A stretch of DNA of 64,000 nt from Vicugna vicugna (Eukaryota): contig MU058289.1 in assembly GCA_013265495.1 (NCBI GenBank), positions 1,919,451 through 1,983,450 on the forward strand. Reading direction: 5' to 3'. Every line of letters begins with the position of its first letter. Within the stretch, counting starts at the first letter, position 1. This document shows, in pieces, positions 60,557-64,000 of this stretch. The position numbers were made by a program, and so were the translations under genes. The notes below the pieces were generated by a model. The model searched no databases. It was not told where the DNA came from and saw nothing but the letters and a program-made list of their open reading frames with translations.

Positions 60557-63500
60557 CTGGGCAGTAGGGGAGAAAGACGGTCCATCACTGAGGCATAGGG
60601 CTCCAGTCACTGCACGTGACTGAGTGTCATCCCTGTAACCAACCCCCTTCTTACTCAGGTGTGTCCCTTTCATCTTTTCAAGCCCAAGCAGGTGAAAGGG
60701 AAGGCTGGCCACCACCTGCAGCTGGGACATTGGCTTCCTGCCAGGGTTCCTGAATCTGCACCCCCAGGAAAACCATGGAGGGAGACTCTCCAACTCCTGC
60801 CCAGGGGAGCCCAGAGTGGACCCATGACCCCCACAGCCAGGGATAGCAGTCACCCCACTGCACTGTCCAGGCAGGAATCTGGGTCCTTGTCCCTCACAAC
60901 TGGCCTGGTGGACAGAAAAGCTCTTAGATCTCTCTGCCCTGGTTCCTCTCTACCAAATGCTGGGGACAAGGGTCTCCACAGAACAGGAGGCTCCCAGGCC
61001 CAGAGGATGTCAAGGACTGACTCCCCACCCACATCAGCCAGGGCTCTCCCTCCCTGACAGATCGAGGGATGGGCTAGTGGGATCGAGGTCCCATGGATAG
61101 TCCCACCAGTAGGAGCTGCAGCTCCGGCGGGATCACGGTTGTCCTCGCTCTCAAGGCCCCTGGGCCTGGAGCTGAGACGGGGTGGCCAGACTTGGGTCAT
61201 ACAGACTTCAGGCTCAGAGGCCGTGTCCCCGAGGACAGATACCTGCTGCTCTGGCCACTGCAGACCCACAGCATGCCCGCATGACTTGCCCCCACCCTGG
61301 TTCCTCCTGAGGGGGAAGAAATTCCAAATACCCCAAAGACCAGCCAGTGACCTCAGCTGGGCCAAGCTGTGGGTCAGGACGGAGCACCCCAAGGCCATGT
61401 GCCCAAAGGAAGGATGTAAGTTCCTGCAGTGGGGTGGGGTATGGGGACAGTCAGGCAGGTGTGGAAGACGAATCCATCCAGCAAGCTGGGCTAGATGGGC
61501 AGGAATTCCAGGACCTCCCATGGAGGGGGGTCACTCTGTCCCCTTACCCTCACCTGGTCCTACCCTCCAGGCCCAGGGATGTTGCCCCCTTTCCACCCAA
61601 AAGAGCCTTTGGGATCTTCCCCCTCCCTCGCACGGGGCAGTGCCCGAGGGAGGCTGAGGCCTGGTGGGCAGCTACCAGCAGCCTCGGAGACCATAGCTGG
61701 GTGGTTGGGCAGGCCCCAGACCAGACGTGCTGCTCAGCACAAGGTTGCCTCCCTGCCTGGGAGTACTCCTTGGCGAAGTACTTTGGTCAGGGAACCCATC
61801 CCCGACCTGGCACCTTGGCGCTGGGGGCGGAAGCCCCCGGTTTTGTCTCACTGCATCCAGCCTCACGGGGCATGAGGCAGGAAGTGGTAATAAGAGAGGC
61901 CCCTCCCTCCCCTGCACAGACAAAGATTCGCAAGGTCTAGCCTGCTCTCCGCAAAGCTCTGAGGCTGAGGAGTGTTAAATTGCAGGTTTGGGTTTCTTCC
62001 CTCTGCCGTCTCTGTAATTATTTTTTCACTCAGTTAACTTTAATTAACCTGCCCCAGGCCTCCATGCACGGGAACACGCCTGAATGCCGGGCGGGCTCTC
62101 TGGGCGATGCCGAGCAGGAGTTTCCCACGACCTCCTAGCTTTTGTGTTTGGGATGCACGCAGCGCTGAGCCGGGCTCAGTTTTGCCTCTGGAGTCGGCTT
62201 CAGGGTTCCAGCTGGCCCCGACCTCACTGCAGCAGACCCTGTCGCAGAGAAAAACGGCTGCTTCCTGCCATCACTAGGGACACAGCTGCCGTAGGCTTGC
62301 AGGGGGTGAAAATGGGCAGCCACGTGTCCCTGAAGGCTCAGACCCTGAAGCCCCTCGTGAGGGACCGTGGCCTCCCCAACCGTGGCTGCCCCAGGTGGGG
62401 TTTTCCCTGGGCCCTGGCTCCTCATCCTGCAAAGACACAGATGAAGGAGTGCGGGCCCCAGGCCCCGGGGAAGAACGAAGACACTCTCCACACCGCCCAC
62501 GGCCGACACCCTGTGTTTTCCCAGCCCCTTCCCTCAGTGATCACAGGCCCCGCATGCAGGGCCCAGGGGTCAGCCCAGAAGCAAGGCTCCAGCCATAAGG
62601 AAACCCAGCTTATGCTAGCCGTGGTGTTGGCACACTTTCTGCAGACACAGCCTCCTGTGTCAGACACAACGTCAGGAGGTTGATCTGATCCAGGGTGAAC
62701 TCTGGGGTCAGGACACTTCATAAGGACAGGGAGAGGGAAGGAGGAAAGAAAGGACAGCAAGTTGTTGGCCAGCATACACAGCTGCCAGGTAAAATAGCGA
62801 ATAAAGTGCCACCCGATGTCGACCCAAAGACTACTGATGGAAAAAGGGGACTCAGACGCATGTGGTTTTACCATCGAATTGTTTATACAGCATCTGGCAC
62901 TGCAGAAGTGACCACAGAAGAGCTGGTCAGTTCCCTCTTCTCTCTGATCTGTTACACCGTCGCCGTTCAGGCCAGGAGAGACTTCCCCATGTCCTGCAGC
63001 CACAACCTGTCCTCACTTGTTTCTGAACCTGCCCAAACCAAGCTTACCAAGTGGAGCCAGGCTCCGGCAGCCCATGTTCCTGGGAGTCAGGATGAGGACC
63101 ACATCCCCACCCCCAAATCTGGGACAGGGAAGAAAACAGCCCCAGGACCTGCATCTTCACCATGGCAGGAGCAACAACGGTTCAGGTGTCTCATTTCAGA
63201 GACTCTCCCCTTTGTTGGCCCCCAAGAGGACGTGCGCACCCTCTCCATGCCCAGGGAAGCTGGTGTTAGAGACGTGCATGGCTTCCCCTGCCCACCCCAG
63301 CCCCTCAGCCTCAGACCCCAGTCTTCCCCTGCTGGGACCCTCCTCCCAGGGTCCACTCTCACTGGAGACCATCTGACCTGCTCTCTCTCTCTGCTCTGTG
63401 CAAACAGGAATCAAAGGTTAGCATGCTCCCAACCCTGGTTTGTAATCTGGCTGGGTCTTCAATGCCCCAGGAGGGGGCCAACCTCACAGAATGTGTAGTA

Positions 63501-64000
63501 ACCTCCATCCTTTAAAGGGGAGGTAGATGGGAAGTCACGAACAGACCACCAGACACTCCAGACAGGATGCACATCTGATTCCCTTTGTTCCTGTGAGGGT
63601 CCTTGCGTTCAAAGTCACACATTATTTTCTAGGCAACGGGGAGATGCTGTCCAAAGATGCTGTCTCCCTCTCCTGGGAGTTGAACTGCTGCCTAGAAGAG
63701 GGCAGTATGCCCTGTCCCAGGCTGGGGCTGGGCTGCCCGGGGCCCCATGCACACATTCACAGGCCTCTGCCTCCACCTGGGACTGGTGCATCCTCACCAC
63801 TCACTGCATCACACTCAGCTCCAATCACAAGTGGAAAACCCTCCCCTACTTCCCTGCTTCCCTTCCAAGACCAACAGGCAATAAAAAAAATTCAAATAGC
63901 TGGGGGTGGAGGAGGGAGGGGTAAGGCAAGAAAAATAAACAGCCCATGGAGTTTTCACAAGGTCCTGCCCTCCTCACAATCCCTGGTCCTCCCAGCGGCT

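Noticed and set aside
62695..63498. Longest ORF in the window (267 aa, +)
   Set aside because: GTG start, no recognisable domain, antisense to CHST8, and composition typical of chance ORFs in GC-rich DNA.
63640..63665. Third RE1-like site (minus strand CAGCATC-TTT-GGACAGC)
   Set aside because: It has a 3-bp spacer and a mismatched left half, so it is not a canonical RE1.
1..64000. CRISPR array, operon or novel multi-gene system
   Set aside because: The DNA is mammalian intron. I saw no repeat-spacer arrays, no prokaryotic gene organisation and no inserted foreign coding segment.

Overview
This is mammalian genomic DNA, almost certainly from a camelid, judged by a tRNA-derived Vic-1-type SINE with a perfect 16-bp target-site duplication (TSD). 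The only protein-coding sequence I can support is the first coding exon of CHST8 (GalNAc-4-O-sulfotransferase 1) on the minus strand, CDS 60467->60338 (130 nt). Essentially all of 1-60337 is the long intron that follows it; I could not find the next small exon in the window. The intron holds layered transposon fossils: MLT1/MLT2, MER21-like and MER54/74-like LTRs, an LTR16/ERVL provirus remnant with recognisable reverse transcriptase (RT), two ERV1-like LTRs, L1, L2, MIR, MER63 and MER5. It also has microsatellites and several non-repetitive, TAAT-rich enhancer-like blocks. The hundreds of other ORFs in the track look like chance ORFs in GC-rich intron. I see no evidence for a new multi-gene system. 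The most notable observations are: (i) two near-identical REST/RE1-like 21-mers about 20.7 kb apart; (ii) an LTR-derived, A-tailed, TSD-flanked insert nested in a solo LTR, apparently an LTR transcript retroposed by L1; (iii) uORFs, an overlapping ORF, weak Kozak context and a tandem acceptor at the CHST8 start exon; (iv) a candidate antisense exon built on a (TCC)12 tract. Repeat family names come from recalled consensus sequences and need RepeatMasker/Dfam confirmation. Repeat boundaries are approximate unless a TSD is stated.
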